A stretch of 64,000 nt of DNA. Source: Tubiluchus corallicola (lineage: Eukaryota; Animalia; Priapulida). The notes beneath the pieces were generated by a model. That model was given only the letters and a program-made list of their open reading frames with translations, did not search any database and was not told where the DNA came from. Position 1 is the stretch's first letter; every line of letters starts with the position of its first letter. The stretch spans positions 380,781 to 444,780 of the forward strand of contig JAQGDQ010000129.1 in the NCBI GenBank assembly GCA_030141605.1, in the 5' to 3' direction. The translations under genes were made by a program, and so were the position numbers. Positions 1 through 12,895 of the stretch are shown here, piece after piece.

Positions 1-1334
1 CGACCCTATGTGTTGTTTGTTAGATTTGATTTTTATGACTTTGCTTCAGTTTTTTGATTAAAATTTGTCACGCTATCCACGTTGCTTAACAAAACTCTGC
101 TAGTAATAAAGTATTCTAGTGCATGTCAACGGGGAGGTTAGTTTGAACGTACTTGGTTTAACAAGATGCCTATCCAGGCAAATTTGACTATAACAGTTAT
201 TTCTCTAACTATTATAAAATGAGACGCACTAAATAAAAACAAAACTGTAGTCGGTAACTTTGTGTAGTAATATATTACTGTCTTAGCTTGAATTCGCGTG
301 AGGCCAAATTCAGTACAGACTTTCGTGCTTCGTTTCCGCTTAACACCCTCCTAACTACGATCATTTTCCCAAATGTTACTGCTTAACTTGTGGTCGGTCA
401 AACGTTTGTACCACATTTGGGACTTGCTGACTGGTCGAGCTTGGTTTTAAATTATTTATAACTTATAAATAGTATACCACTAAGCATGCAGCGCTGAGTA
501 CTATGTCCCTGTTAAATTTACTGCTGTCAGTTGCGTGCCTTTCTCCACTCTGAACATGCCTTGATTTCATTGGCAGTTGTTCAGCGTTGTCATCAATGTC
601 AAGACGTTGAAGTGTCTGGCCATGTGTGAATGTTGGTCTTAGCTGTAAGGTTAGCACCAAATCCCCGCCAATTTTCCTGCTACACTGCCTAGAGTTTAAT
701 GTGAAGTTCTGAATCTGTTGCAGCAAAAGCATTTCTGTCATAGTCTGCTTTACAAACTTATGATGTAATTTTAAATACAGATTGGGCTATTAAGTTCATC
801 CTTCAAACCAAACTTGATACATATTAAAAATCTACTAGTGTTTAAACATGCATAGAAATTCCGGTAATTTTAATGTCATGTTTAATCAAAATGAAGCTAA
901 AAAAATTCAATTTAAAAATGTTATTTTGTTACCCTTTTTACCATTCTACGTGTAATATTTTTCAAGGCTTGTTTCGCAAGCTTTAGAAACAGAGGTTGAG
1001 ATTTACAATTCATGGTTAGAAAATTGCTTTCTTTTTTAACATAGTAATGCTTACCAAAGTCATTTTCATTTAGTGATGGTTTTACATTTTTTATTTAAAG
1101 TCTAATTCCAAATTGCAAAACCCAGGTGAAAACCAAATTGCAAAACTGCTAACATGATTACCTATGGCAAGTAGCACCTCCAAATTATTACTTACAAATA
1201 CTGTACATATGTGCATCTATATACTGCACTAGCATCTATATAGCCTTCACAAGCCACATTTTTTTGGAACTACTTTTCTAAACCTTAAAGAGACTAATTG
1301 AAAGCACTAATAATGCTTTTTAAAATGTAATTAA

Positions 1335-2617
1335 CTATACAAACAGGTAGGCAAGAAACATAAAAATTACAAGCATGAGAGCCATGTTAAGGTGAATTAA
1401 GGTGACACTGCCATTTACCACAGCAAAGACCCTTACTGGTGCACCAGAACCGTCCTTAATTTTCATGGGTATTGCAAAGACAGTGCTACCCGTTGGTGGC
1501 ATCTCATCTAGATTTGCTAAGAAATCTATGATTCCGATACTGTGGTGTGCCTGAATTCTATAGTGAACTCTAAATGTTTGATCTGAGCCAGGGTCCAATC
1601 CCATATCAGATCCAAATAGCTTGATCTTTCGTTCTTCAATTAACCACTTCACAGCTTCAATGTCTATCCCTGGGTAGTGCATCTTGCCTCTTCTGTCTAT
1701 TCCAAAGTAAACCTTTGGGTCATCCCAATATCTGTGTCTTCCTGTAAGTTAAAAATAGTTCATGTGTCATCAAATGAAGGTTTCATGACATCACAGTGAC
1801 TAGCATAGAAATGTGTTTTTGTAAGAGGAGAATATGGATATAAAACCTTATATATTGTTATTGCTATGTATGCTAGTACATTGCAAGGGTTTTCTATACA
1901 TGCATACCCGAATGGTCTCATCAGACGAAGTACCTCAGTATCGATAAATTTTTGTAAGCATTACTGTAGCAAATTTCTTTACAGTCATCATTAGCCTTGG
2001 CATCTAGAGTCTCTCTGCACAGCATTTATCATACACTTCAAGGATAACTTAGTGTTCATCCTTTCTAAAGATAAAAATAGATTTGCCACTGTTGCACATT
2101 TCGCTGATGTTTTTCTTCTCTCTGCCATTAATCAATGGTTATGCTTTATTAGGATCATTCAAAATATCATAATAAGATTACCAGTATTTAAAAAGAAAAT
2201 GCTGCCATCTGGTATTCGCCCGTGTTTCTCCTCCCATTCTTCAATATCATTCTGTTTTGCTATGTAATCCCTGTCTGCCATTCCTTTCTGTGAGATGTCC
2301 ATCATTACACCATTTCCGATCAACTCTGATAGTGTCATGTCACTGATGGTTCTTGCTCCATATCGAAAATGCAGTGGCGCATCCAGATGTGTTCCACTGT
2401 GTTCTGATGTGCAGAATGAGTTTGTCTGGTAGTAGACACCATGGTCAGACTTTCCTCTGTGAGCTACAGTCAGATTAAATGGAAGATGACTGTCTGCTGG
2501 CCATGTCGTCATGCCGTTGAAGTATAAGTGTGTCAGGTCGATGAATCTTCTTCCTTCCTCGGCATTAACATTAAGACATCCTAGTAATGCTAGCACAGCA
2601 ATACTGAAGGATACCAT
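1335..2617 (-). CDS. Cyclase-family metallohydrolase (kynurenine formamidase KynB / isatin hydrolase-like), secreted and probably GPI-anchored; 2 exons: complement(join(1335..1741,2182..2617)), 280 aa
   Basis: Exon 1 starts MVSFSIAVLALLGCLNVNA (signal peptide-like), then has IDLTH and the family motif HSGTHLDAPLHF. A phase-1 GT-AG intron at 1742-2181 (G|gtaatc...ttacag|GA) joins LNTG to RHRYWDDPKVYFG...HYPG. The C-terminal part has the typical PMKIKDGSGAPVRVFA, then NGS and an uncharged hydrophobic tail to the stop at 1335. Confidence 0.9.
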
Positions 2618-3304
2618 TTTTGTGCCTGTATAGTTACAACCACTGGTTCAGTATGACTGATAGACTGCTAAAACTTCGGGTGTTTTCTTTAGGATAGCAT
2701 ACGTCACAACGACAATATTTTCTCTTTTCAGCATCTGTTTTGAGGTGTGAAGCTCCACACCCCATAAAGTTTTTACATGTGCTCAGCACTATGTAATGTT
2801 GGGAAGTTGGGCTTCCTAGCTAATTTACTATAGAGCCTGGCAAATTATTGCATATCATGAACAACTTATTTGTAGTAGTTTGTTATGAAAACTAGAAAAT
2901 CTATAAATAAATGTTGCTTGTTCTGGAAACAGCTAGAACATAAAATTGATAAAATAAAACAGTCACTCAAACGTTGTGGAGATTGAACAGTAATGCTTGC
3001 AGATTATTCTGTTTGTCATGTTTGTTTTAAGATTAAATTTTTATTTCATTTATTCCTTAATGTTTTGCACTTCAATTTTGAAGTTGGTCATTGAATTTAA
3101 ATGTTGTTTAACTGTTTAAGTGATTTAAGTTAGAGCATTAGATTTTAATGGAAAACGCTTCTTAATTCTCACATTTGATGACAAAATTTCTGAAATTCTA
3201 CGTTTATTGTTATCGAGCAAAATTTTCATTGTTTTTCATTTTATCATTATTGTGTGCTAGTTGCATGTTAGTTTTAATTTCTTTTATTAATTTGCAAGAA
3301 GTGA

Positions 3305-3330
3305 TTTTTCTTGACCATAATATCAACCAG
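3305..3330 (+). other. Probable U12-type (minor spliceosome) branch site and 3' splice site of the STX8 intron
   Basis: TTTCTTGAC at 3307-3315 is 1 mismatch from TTCCTTRAC. The branch A (3314) is 16 nt before the end of CAG (3330), and there is no polypyrimidine tract in between. The 5' splice site is not in the window. Confidence 0.6.
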
Positions 3331-6300
3331 AACTCAGCGAGAAGTAGAACGAAGGCAACGTCTTCTAGATGACTTGACTAGTAAGCAACGCCAGTTTGAA
3401 GAAGCCTTTCAAAGCCGGTCTGCTGGAATGGATAACAGGTGATTTATGAGTTGCAAGTTGTTGGTGTCTTTACTTAACACATAATTCCTTAGATTAGGAA
3501 CATTAATAGTAACCATCACATAAAGACCCGCTTACAGATTTATAGTGGCAACTGTCCTACCATCATCAGCAGCAGCAGCAGAAGAAGATGAAGAATGGTC
3601 CCATGTTCAATGGCATAGGGCTAAGTGGTTACAGCATCTGTTTTTACTGCCTCGTTTCACAAGAGGAACATAATAGGGTGCTCAGTTAAGGCTTACTAGA
3701 CCTAAGAAGGCAACTAGAGAAATGGGATTCAGTGCCCTTCCGCTCCTCCATGATACCTTTGCGAGCCTGTCTTCAAATGAAAAATAATTTAGTTCATTAT
3801 TTACAAATTAGCACCACAGAATGATACAGCTAAGTTACCGCTAAATAAATATGTGCGAGTGTGGCCTTGTGTGTGAGCATTTGCATTGACGGTAGGAGGA
3901 CTGTGGCAAAGAGTTCAAAATTCAGTCACAGATTTTTATTTTGCTTTGGGAATAGAGGAAATAGAGGTTTGTGATTTTGCATAATAAAATTTTTATATTG
4001 TTTTTAAGGTTATCATTATTTGGACAAGGTAATCCATCTGGAAGCAGGATAAATCCATTCATGGAAGACGATGATGAAATTAGAAATTTAGACCCCAGCC
4101 AGATTAGACAATTCCAACAACAAACAATTAGAGGTAAAAATGTTTATTTTTATTGTTGAGTGTTATTTGTCGCTTTCATTTTTTTTTCATTCGTTCTTCT
4201 ATTCAGTATTTCTCTTTTTGTTTATTTGTTTGATGGTTTCCTTGTTTACTTGTTTTTTGACAGTCTGCTTGTTTGTTTGTTTGTTTGCCTGTCTGTCTTC
4301 TAACTTGTTTCTAATTTGTTGTGTGATCATTTTTTCTTGAAAATAACCATTTTCTGCTTGATTGTTTTGCTTTTCAGACATTTGCTGCCTATTTTTTATA
4401 TTTTTGGCTTTTTTCCAATTACACCCGATAGACTTTTACACACATAGCAAATCTCGTATGTGCTTGGTGGACCTGTTTTGATAAATCACATAGATGGGAA
4501 TGGTATTTTGATGTTTTTGGAGCGGCACAACATAATTCACCGATGTGGGAGGAACTAGAAATGCATAATTTGAGAAAACTTATACATGTTTTCTCAACCT
4601 ACTTTTAAATTGAACATTATCATTCATGTTCTGTGGCCTTGGTGAGGAGTTAAAATTTTACAGGAATATCGCAATTGTTCCGTTTCTGTGGATGTATGCT
4701 GAAATATGTGTTAAATAAAAGATTTGAAAATTTCTGACTTTTCAATAATAACAATGATTATGACAATAATGACAATGATGATGATGATGATGATGATGAT
4801 GATGGTGGTGAAGGTAGTAGCAATAGTAGTAATAGTTATTTAAGTGACGTCTTTAAAATATCATAATTTCAAAATTATAATTACATATCATAGAATAAAG
4901 AAAAGATAAAATCAACCCATCTGGGCTTATAAGTCACTAAATATATATACATGAAGTCTATTAGATAACAAAAAAGACTCTTGGCTGCCATGCAGTTAGA
5001 CAGTTTATTTACATATACTGTGCTACCTTTTCACATTAGCTTTCTGTATGAAATTTTCGAACAAATCTAGTTAATTTTATTTAAATTTTCCTTGCAGTGT
5101 CATATCAACAAAATTATCGTTTACAATTATCTTAGAAAAGTGGTTCTGCCAGTATATTCTTCTTTTTTGCAACTTCATTCTATTTAGAACAAGATGCTGG
5201 TCTTGAAGCTCTAGCTAAAGTGGTTGCCAGGCAGAAAAACATTGCTGGTGCAATCGGAGATGAGGTCGACTATCAGAATGGTACGTTCTAGATAAGATAA
5301 TCATAAAATATCACAAAAACAAAAGGCACTTTTGATAAAGTGTTGAAAGTACACGACTTCGGTCCAAAAGAGCAGATCCAAATCTTATTAAATTATAAAC
5401 TGCCACTTTGATTCCTGACCGCTTGACCTGAGCTTTTATGATGTTTGCAAAGATTCAAGGTTTATTCATAAGCAAATGATGTCAAGTGAGTGGACAACTG
5501 TTTTTGCTTTTAAGTTGAATATGACTAGCTAATTCCTTACCAGAAGAAGTACTGTTTTTAACCAGTAATTATGCTAAATTTGCTGTTGCCTTTTATTTTT
5601 GTCATTTATTTTCTTAATTTCTAGGTTATCATGTGTCACTTTTCGTTAAAATTGATCCTACTTTTGAATGTTTTTAATCATGAGTGGACTATGTAAAGTG
5701 AACTCAGAGCTTGAGAAGCAGAGAAACTGCTTTCTTTTTACATACTGCACACTTTAAAAACATCTGGAACATACAAACAAGCAGCAATAATCATTGTTTT
5801 TCACATCCATTTAGTCAAGTAGGCAGACAGAAAGTCAAGTAGTTGTCATTCTTATGTCTATCATGGTATAATTTGCACACCCATTTTGGTTGCTCATGGT
5901 CAATTTTCTTCACGTAATAATGTTGAAAAAACGATATTGATTATGTATTTCAATTAGTTTTTGCACATGCCTAATACCAGTAAATTTTGTTGGATTTTTG
6001 TTCATTTAGCTTTCCTGCTTTCTTTCTCTAGAGCTTATAGATGACATTCACGATCATGTAGAAAGAGCAGATCAGCGATTAATAACAGAGACAAGGCATG
6101 TGAAACTCGTTGATCGCAAGTCAAACACCTGCTGTAAGTATTCACAATAATGATTTAATAGACATATTACCTCATCAAGCACTTCTTAAGTTAACACAAA
6201 TAAAAATGAAGGGTATAGAAATGATTCAAAGGTAAACTCCCTTTGTGGGAGTCATCATCAGATATACAAGGGAGTTGAAATTATGATTAAAATTTTAACT

Positions 6301-7038
6301 CATCTCTATAGCCATTTATTTTTATTTGTTGAAGTGGTCGCTATTAAAATAATTAAAATAGTAGGTGAGAAATCACCTATGAGTATGTTATGTACAAAAT
6401 ATACAAAAGTTGGCTTTTTATCTGAGAAACATACATTCACTTGTTGATGTCAGATAAAAACGTTGATTTTTTTACTTTATTTCTGAAATAATGTCATATT
6501 TTTTTATTTATAAACCTCATTGTTAAATGAGAGTTTTTGTTGCCAATACTACTGTAGCTTTCGTTTTATATAACTTAGCTCATTGTAACTAGATTAAAAA
6601 GATAATGTATTTTATGCATTTCTTCCACAGCTACTTGATCGTTGTTTTTAGTTGTATGAATAATATGATAATCCTACCTTAACTGCTAGTACCATTTGTG
6701 TAGCAGTATTAGAATTTTTAGATATAATAAAAAGAATAAAAAGAATAAAAGAGAGTAATAAAAGAATGACTATAAGTAGATTTGACTGTAATAGAGTGGA
6801 ATGTATTTAATGAAGAATCATACTGAAACAAAATGTTAATGTCTTTTCTTTATATTATTTATAATAGTGAGGTACTTTTCTTATTTTTATCTTCTACTGC
6901 AAAACTTTAAAAGTAATTATTGTAACTTATTTAATTATATTTAAATATTTAAATTTTGCAGGTTACTGGGTTATAGTTGTCCTGCTTTTTGTAGCCATCA
7001 TCGTGGTAGCTGTTGTGCCTTATAAAGGCAAAGCATAG
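3331..7038 (+). CDS. STX8: Syntaxin-8 (Qc-SNARE), 5'-partial; exons 3331..3438, 4009..4133, 5188..5280, 6032..6133, 6962..7038
   Basis: Spliced translation: TQREVERRQRLLDDLTSKQRQFEEAF...NPFMEDDDEIRNLDPSQIRQFQQQTIREQDAGLEALAKVVARQKNIAGAIGDEVDYQNELIDDIHDHVERADQRLITETRHVKLVDRKSNTCCYWVIVVLLFVAIIVVAVVPYKGKA*. This has the SNARE heptads with a zero-layer Q (DYQNE) and a C-terminal TM, and tracks STX8 (EQDAGL..RQK..DRKS.C). All internal introns are GT-AG and phase-compatible. The N-terminal exons are not in the window. Confidence 0.92.
4750..4835. repeat. (GAT)n and related trinucleotide low-complexity tract
   Basis: gatgatgatgat... run with aat/agt variants in an STX8 intron. Confidence 0.85.
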
Positions 7039-8880
7039 TTATTCTGCAGAGACATTGCTTTGGTCACGTTTTGAAAAATTTGTGGTCAATACCAAGAAAG
7101 TGGACATTCTTCTCATACAGGTACCTATGTATTTGATTCATAACAGTGTTCTCAAAGGGCCAATAAGTTTTTTCTGTTTTATCTTGGAAAAGTTAAAAGC
7201 TTGTTATGTATGATTAAGCACTCTTTTGCCAAGGAACAAATGCATTCAAATTCTAAACAGTGATTGTAATGCTTAACTATTATTTGTTGAATGTTGTTAA
7301 ACACCACGCGGTTATTATCAATGACCAGATTGATAGCAAATGTAATATGCCTATAATTTGCACAAATGATAATAACAATAACAATAATAATTTCCTTTAG
7401 GTCATAGTAATTTCTGCTTACAATATTTGTTTTCATAGTTAGTAGTAAAAATTTGTTTGTGTATTTTGAAGGTGGTAAATGTGGCCATTGCAATTTTATA
7501 ATTAGTAGTGCATTTGCAATTATAATTAGTAGTGGAAAGTAAATTTAGCACAATGTCATGTTTCTATCTGCAATTCCGTAAGGTATCCTGATTGACAAGT
7601 ACATTTTGATTTTATTAACTGTTCTGGTTGTAAAAAAATAACAGTAATGGCAATGATGAGTTTTGTGATGATACAGATGCTTGTTTGATTTTTTAGAATT
7701 ATCACTATACCGTTATGCCAAAAAAATTATCTGAGGACTTTAACATTGCAGAAGTTTTGTTTTCATAAATGTTATAATGGGCATTTGCTAGCAATTTTTT
7801 TTGCGAAATGCTTCAGCTGCTTTAAATATGTTTTTGCACTTTATTAATCATGTACTATTGTTGGTTATATAATTTTTTTCTAAACAAATCATTTAAAGTT
7901 TTTATAAGTTTTTGATGAAAGTTTGACTAGAGATTTAATCTGTGATATAAAAACTGTATTGTAAATACATGTAAACTATTATGTCTACCAGGATTTGATA
8001 CTGTGTAGCCAGTGAAAATCAGTAAAGTTCCATTTTGTATTATTCTTATTATTTAGCAAATTTGACAAACATAATGTATTGAAATAATAGATTTTTTGTA
8101 AACTTTGGATTTCTTTTTTGTTAAGAGGCACAAAGGATGACCTAACAGTTTCATTATTTAATGTTGGCCTAGCTTCCAGTAAGCAGTAATAAATCTGTTC
8201 AAATAAATACATCATGCCAGCGTCGAGAGGTGGCAGCACAATTCTATACCCGAAATGGTAATCTACATCACCATTAGATTACCATTAATGCAAAGTTTTC
8301 AACAAGCTATTATAACAATTTCTGTAATTATATTCATACAGTTTTGATTTTCCTACACATCCTACCTTAACCCTTTAATGCTTTAAAAGACTTCGAAAAT
8401 TCTATACAATTATAAACACATTTACATTTTGAGAAGTCCAAAAGAAACTGATAAAACAACAAAAAACAGATAAGTACAAACATTCCTTATTACTGATTAT
8501 TATTCAAAAAAACGAGTATAAAGAGCTAGCGTAGCCAAATGATTAAAACTCGCCTTCGCATATTCTACAAACAGGAAGTGTCAATATGCTGTGTCCAAAA
8601 CAGACAATTAACAGTAGAACGTGTCGGTTTTACTCAGATATAGTAAAATTAAAGATAAAAACACTTTGCCATTGATTATTATAAAAATATCGTGAATTAG
8701 GATAAAGTTACCCGCAATCTAGGCTCTGCCACTGGGCACTTGCGGTTTGGGGTAAGTAATAACAGTGTAATACTAACTGAATGAAAGTAAGCGTTTTTTC
8801 ATGACAAAATGTATGATTCGTAGATACTGGCAGCTCTCTTCCTGCAGCAAAACACTACTGGTTTATCTGGTTTCCAAACA

Positions 8881-9470
8881 TTACGTCATTTCACCGTAAA
8901 CGTACTGACGCATTACCCTGCTTTTGCCCGCAGTTTCTATTGTCTGCATGGAACATCAGAGCTAATGATCCTTCCTTTAATGAAAAAAATCTTGCAATAG
9001 CATTTATCTATTTATGGCAGATAAACTTATAAGAACTGAAGTCGTAAGGATACAGGAAACGAAAGGTAAAAAGGCCAGCGAGTGGCGACATTGAACAGCA
9101 AAAAAATTCTCTAATAAGGTATTTGCAAGCAGACTAGAGTTGCAGCGGTTGTGAAGTTAGTGAAACACATACATACGTGAACAAATAAGATACGTGTTTC
9201 AAAAAGTTCCTGATGAAATGGCTGAGGGAAAATCTACCCGGAATAGCAAATTTAAATCCAAACTAAATTTAAAACTCACTCAACGCAAGATGTGGATAGG
9301 TAATAAACTACACTTAACTAGTACACTATGATACATGTTTATAAGCATAACACACAGGCCGTTATACATAATATTATACCAAGGAAGAAAAATCAATTTT
9401 GGAGGCGTGGTGGGCACCATGGGGCAAGGGGTTGACCGTTAAAGAGAGACACTAAAAATACTTACCTGAG
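8881..9470 (+). mobile_element. Dispersed repeat copy A (non-autonomous element, family unknown)
   Basis: Colinear similarity to 35325-35985, e.g. cttcctttaat..aaaaaa..gcatttatcta(t/a)ttatggcagataaactta(t/c)aagaa and gacattgaacagcaaaa. Confidence 0.7.
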
Positions 9471-12400
9471 GTATTGCATGAATCGTAAATCGTCCCAGAC
9501 TTTGCTAACCTGTCTGAAGAACTGAACTGAACTTTTATTTATTTGTCTCATACGGTAAACGTGCGACATAGTATTACTAACGATTAATAGTTAACAAGAG
9601 AGACGGCGTGGAGGAAGGCCGTAAGATCAAAAGTTCATTTTCTTAATAGAAGGCAATTATAAGAAATCACTAAATTAGCCTTGAGATTTAATTATTACTA
9701 ATTGTTTTATTATCAAAATGTTTGATGCTTTATCAAATTAGTTAAGCTTATAATGATTAATAAACAATTAGTGATTTATAGCACTCGAATAACCAGAATT
9801 GTCATTTTGCTGTTTTGATTACAAAACAGACACATAAAAAGTTAAACCTACGATAATCCGCGTGGTATTTTTGATTCTGTTGATAGTGAAGCAACTTTTC
9901 CTTGAAATTTTTATTACCTTTTCCTTATGTTTGCTCTAAATTCGAGCTAAGACTTTTATTCTAATATCTTTCTTAAGACAGTAATTTATATTATTCTTTT
10001 AATTATAATCGCAATTTCAAAAGTGTTGGAAGTGATGGAAAGGAAGGTTTACTGACACTAATGGTTTTGGTAGGACCGGAATCTAACAAGTTGCACAAGA
10101 CAGTCCTCTGAGATGCAATTCTGAACCGACAGTGACGTCTTACTGAAGGTTTTAGCTACATTTGGCATCATTTTTATTCGTTTTGTTTGCATTTTTTCGT
10201 GCGGTTATACCCCGAGTTTGCATAGATTTGCTCTTGAAACTGCAACATATCAAAGTTAGCTATGTCAGTAGCAGGTGTAATCGTAGTTAGTTCACTAATT
10301 GCATTCTCTATTAGACGGATTATGTTGTAACTTGACAGTCAGCCAACTATCCATCATTGTCCGCCAATCGTGAGCATGCATAAATACCTAGAACCAAATT
10401 AGTTGCGGTTTAGGTTACTTGATCGAATCAACCAATGCGCTACAGAGAAGTAATGAGTTAACGCGTGCGTGTCAAGAGAGCTTGCAATTTCTTGCCGACA
10501 GTAACTTGCAAAACATTTCAAACTTCCGAGGTTGCTATCAGAGAGAAAACTCGCTAGTCTAGACGCGTAGTTAAACAGTAACGAGTTAAGTAACGCCAAT
10601 TTTAAATGTAATTTCAGAAACAAAGACATCAAATCGCGCCTGGTCGTTTTTCCAATTTATTTGTTTGTTTGTTAATTGTTATTTGTTCTTTAGTTTTTTG
10701 TTTATGTGCTTTTCATTCGTTTGACATTCGTTTAGTCGCTCACTTGCTCACAAATTCATGCGTTCGTTCATTTGTCCATTCGTCCGTTTAAGCGTTCGTT
10801 ACTTCGTTTGTTTATTTATTCGTTCACTTTTTCATTCATTCATTTGTTTGTCTCAGTGAAAAGACTGATTCCTATTAGTAAAGGGATCTACAAACTAGCC
10901 CAGATTTACCTCCACAAATAGACTATTTTTAATTTTTAAAAAAAATCATTTTTCTACCTTTTTTGAGCTTGGCCGAGGAAGAAATTTTTCTTTGAGAGAC
11001 TTCGGATTATTTTACGCTCTAAATTAATTTAAAAAATATTCTAATACTAAATATTCAAGTGTAATTAAACTAACAATTAGAAACCTGGAATGCTTTGTAA
11101 GCTATTAGAGTGAAATAGCGTCGTGTTTGGTTAGACCACCAAACAGTTGTCATGGCATTTGTCATGGTATAAAAAAAATTGCGTTATAGGCACGCACGTA
11201 ATTTAATAGATTTAGTCATTTCAATTTCGAAACTTCTATAAACAGTTTAATTCTCTTGCAATTTCATGCCACTGTGCATTATGGTACAGTCCTTTGAAGG
11301 TAATACATAGCAATTTTTTGCTTTACCGTCGGACTTGCTGCTCCTGAAGCATAATACAAAGGCACACCTAGTACAACGCGGCGTACGTAATCTGCATGAT
11401 AGGTTTGATGAACCTGTGTACAAACGAAAAGAATTATTTTTCCAAATTTGTCTTAATTATAATGTCTACCAAAACTGGCGTAGACTGCGTAGTTCAGTTT
11501 ATCCAATATAATGTTTATAAATGAGTAATACGTCATGCATCAAGAATTTTGATTAAAAATAAAGCAGTGAATACCAGATGCAGACTGTTACCAAATTTGG
11601 CTAATATCTTGATGTTGATTGGCTTTGTTTCTAAATGTTAGCACCTCTAGCTGTAACACGATCACAAATTGACAGTAATTAACCACTGGCCTGCTTTTAC
11701 TAAACCGTCAGAAGGATCTCTCTCCATCTGAAAATAAAGTCCTGAAAATTGAATAAACACTTGTCCATTGTCCGAGTGCATGTAGTAGCCAGTGTCCACT
11801 TGAGATGAGTAAGATTCTTATTCTCTATATATGGGCCCCTAACCGCCTTTGTGATGGCAGATTCACGCCTATTGGATTGGTAATACTTTCATTAAACAAC
11901 GGTCCAATGTTGCAATTTCTTCCGGCTATTTACTTGCCAACAGTGACCATTGTCCATGATTTTGTTCCCAGCTGCATTATTGTTTAGACTTCTGGCCCTT
12001 CAAGTGTCCTTACTCGCTGCCTCGTGGTACTTGAATATGCATGCATACTTTTGAGCTATTGTAAGTTTTGTTCTGAAATGTAAGACAGAAAACGGGAAAT
12101 CTCGAATTTACAGTAGGCCTATATAACACATCTGTATTATCCGGCCTGCACTGACATTTTTCTCTCATTTATTGATTTCTTTTTTCTTCCATTCCTGTCT
12201 TTCTTTTTTCGTTTTTTTCTTTCTCTCTTTTTGCGTGTTTGTATAGAATTCACAACTCTCATAATTTTAATGCAAATGTAACAGTTACCTATAAAACAGA
12301 CCTATATGAAGAATTTTTGGCAATTAAAACAGGTAAACATCCGAATAATGTGGTCACGTCAATATCATAAAAATAATGATATCACTGAAAGAAATGGAAT

Positions 12401-12889
12401 AAAATTGTTGGCTTAGAATTTCCACTATACTGAAAACTTTAGTCAACAGAATGCGTGGCCACCTACTAAACAAGACGACCTGCTTCTGGACAGGTCTTTC
12501 AAGGATTAGAATCCTTTTATATTATCCTTAGAAATATTAGTAATGAAATCCCTATAACCTAACATAAGTCTTTTGAACAAAGAAGTAGGTGAGGCTCACG
12601 CTATTAGAAACAGAGGGATACTACAATGCAAAATAAGTTTGATTAGTTAGAATGCGAACAAGTTATGTTCGGCCTCGAGAAATGAGAATTCCACTTATTC
12701 CAGCAAAATCCATGGTGGGACACAGACAGACATTTTTCTTGGACAGCCCATAAAATAAGAATTTGAGTTTAGAAAATATATAATTGTCAGTGGCAATAAG
12801 TCTTTGTTTTTTAAGTAATGCCCAGCAGACAGACTATGGAAAAGTTAATAAAAAACGTTCAAACTTTTATAATTGTACTATTATGGTAC

Positions 12890-12895
12890 TTTATT
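12890..12895 (-). terminator. Candidate netrin polyadenylation signal (AATAAA)
   Basis: tttatt at 12890-12895, about 1.2 kb downstream of the netrin stop, at the end of an AU-rich UTR-like stretch. Other AATAAA hexamers exist nearby. Confidence 0.3.

Noticed and set aside
463-741. 92-aa minus-strand ORF downstream of the cyclase
   Set aside because: No recognisable motif or splice link to the cyclase, whose stop is at 1335. Likely chance.
10058-10171. Short minus-strand ORF (MMPNVAKTFSK...) with an AAAATG context next to the CCAAT patch
   Set aside because: Only about 37 codons, with no homology and no downstream exons.
11740-12075. GC-richer block with a good minus-strand acceptor near 12073
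   Set aside because: All three frames hit stops within about 25 codons, so it is not a coding exon.
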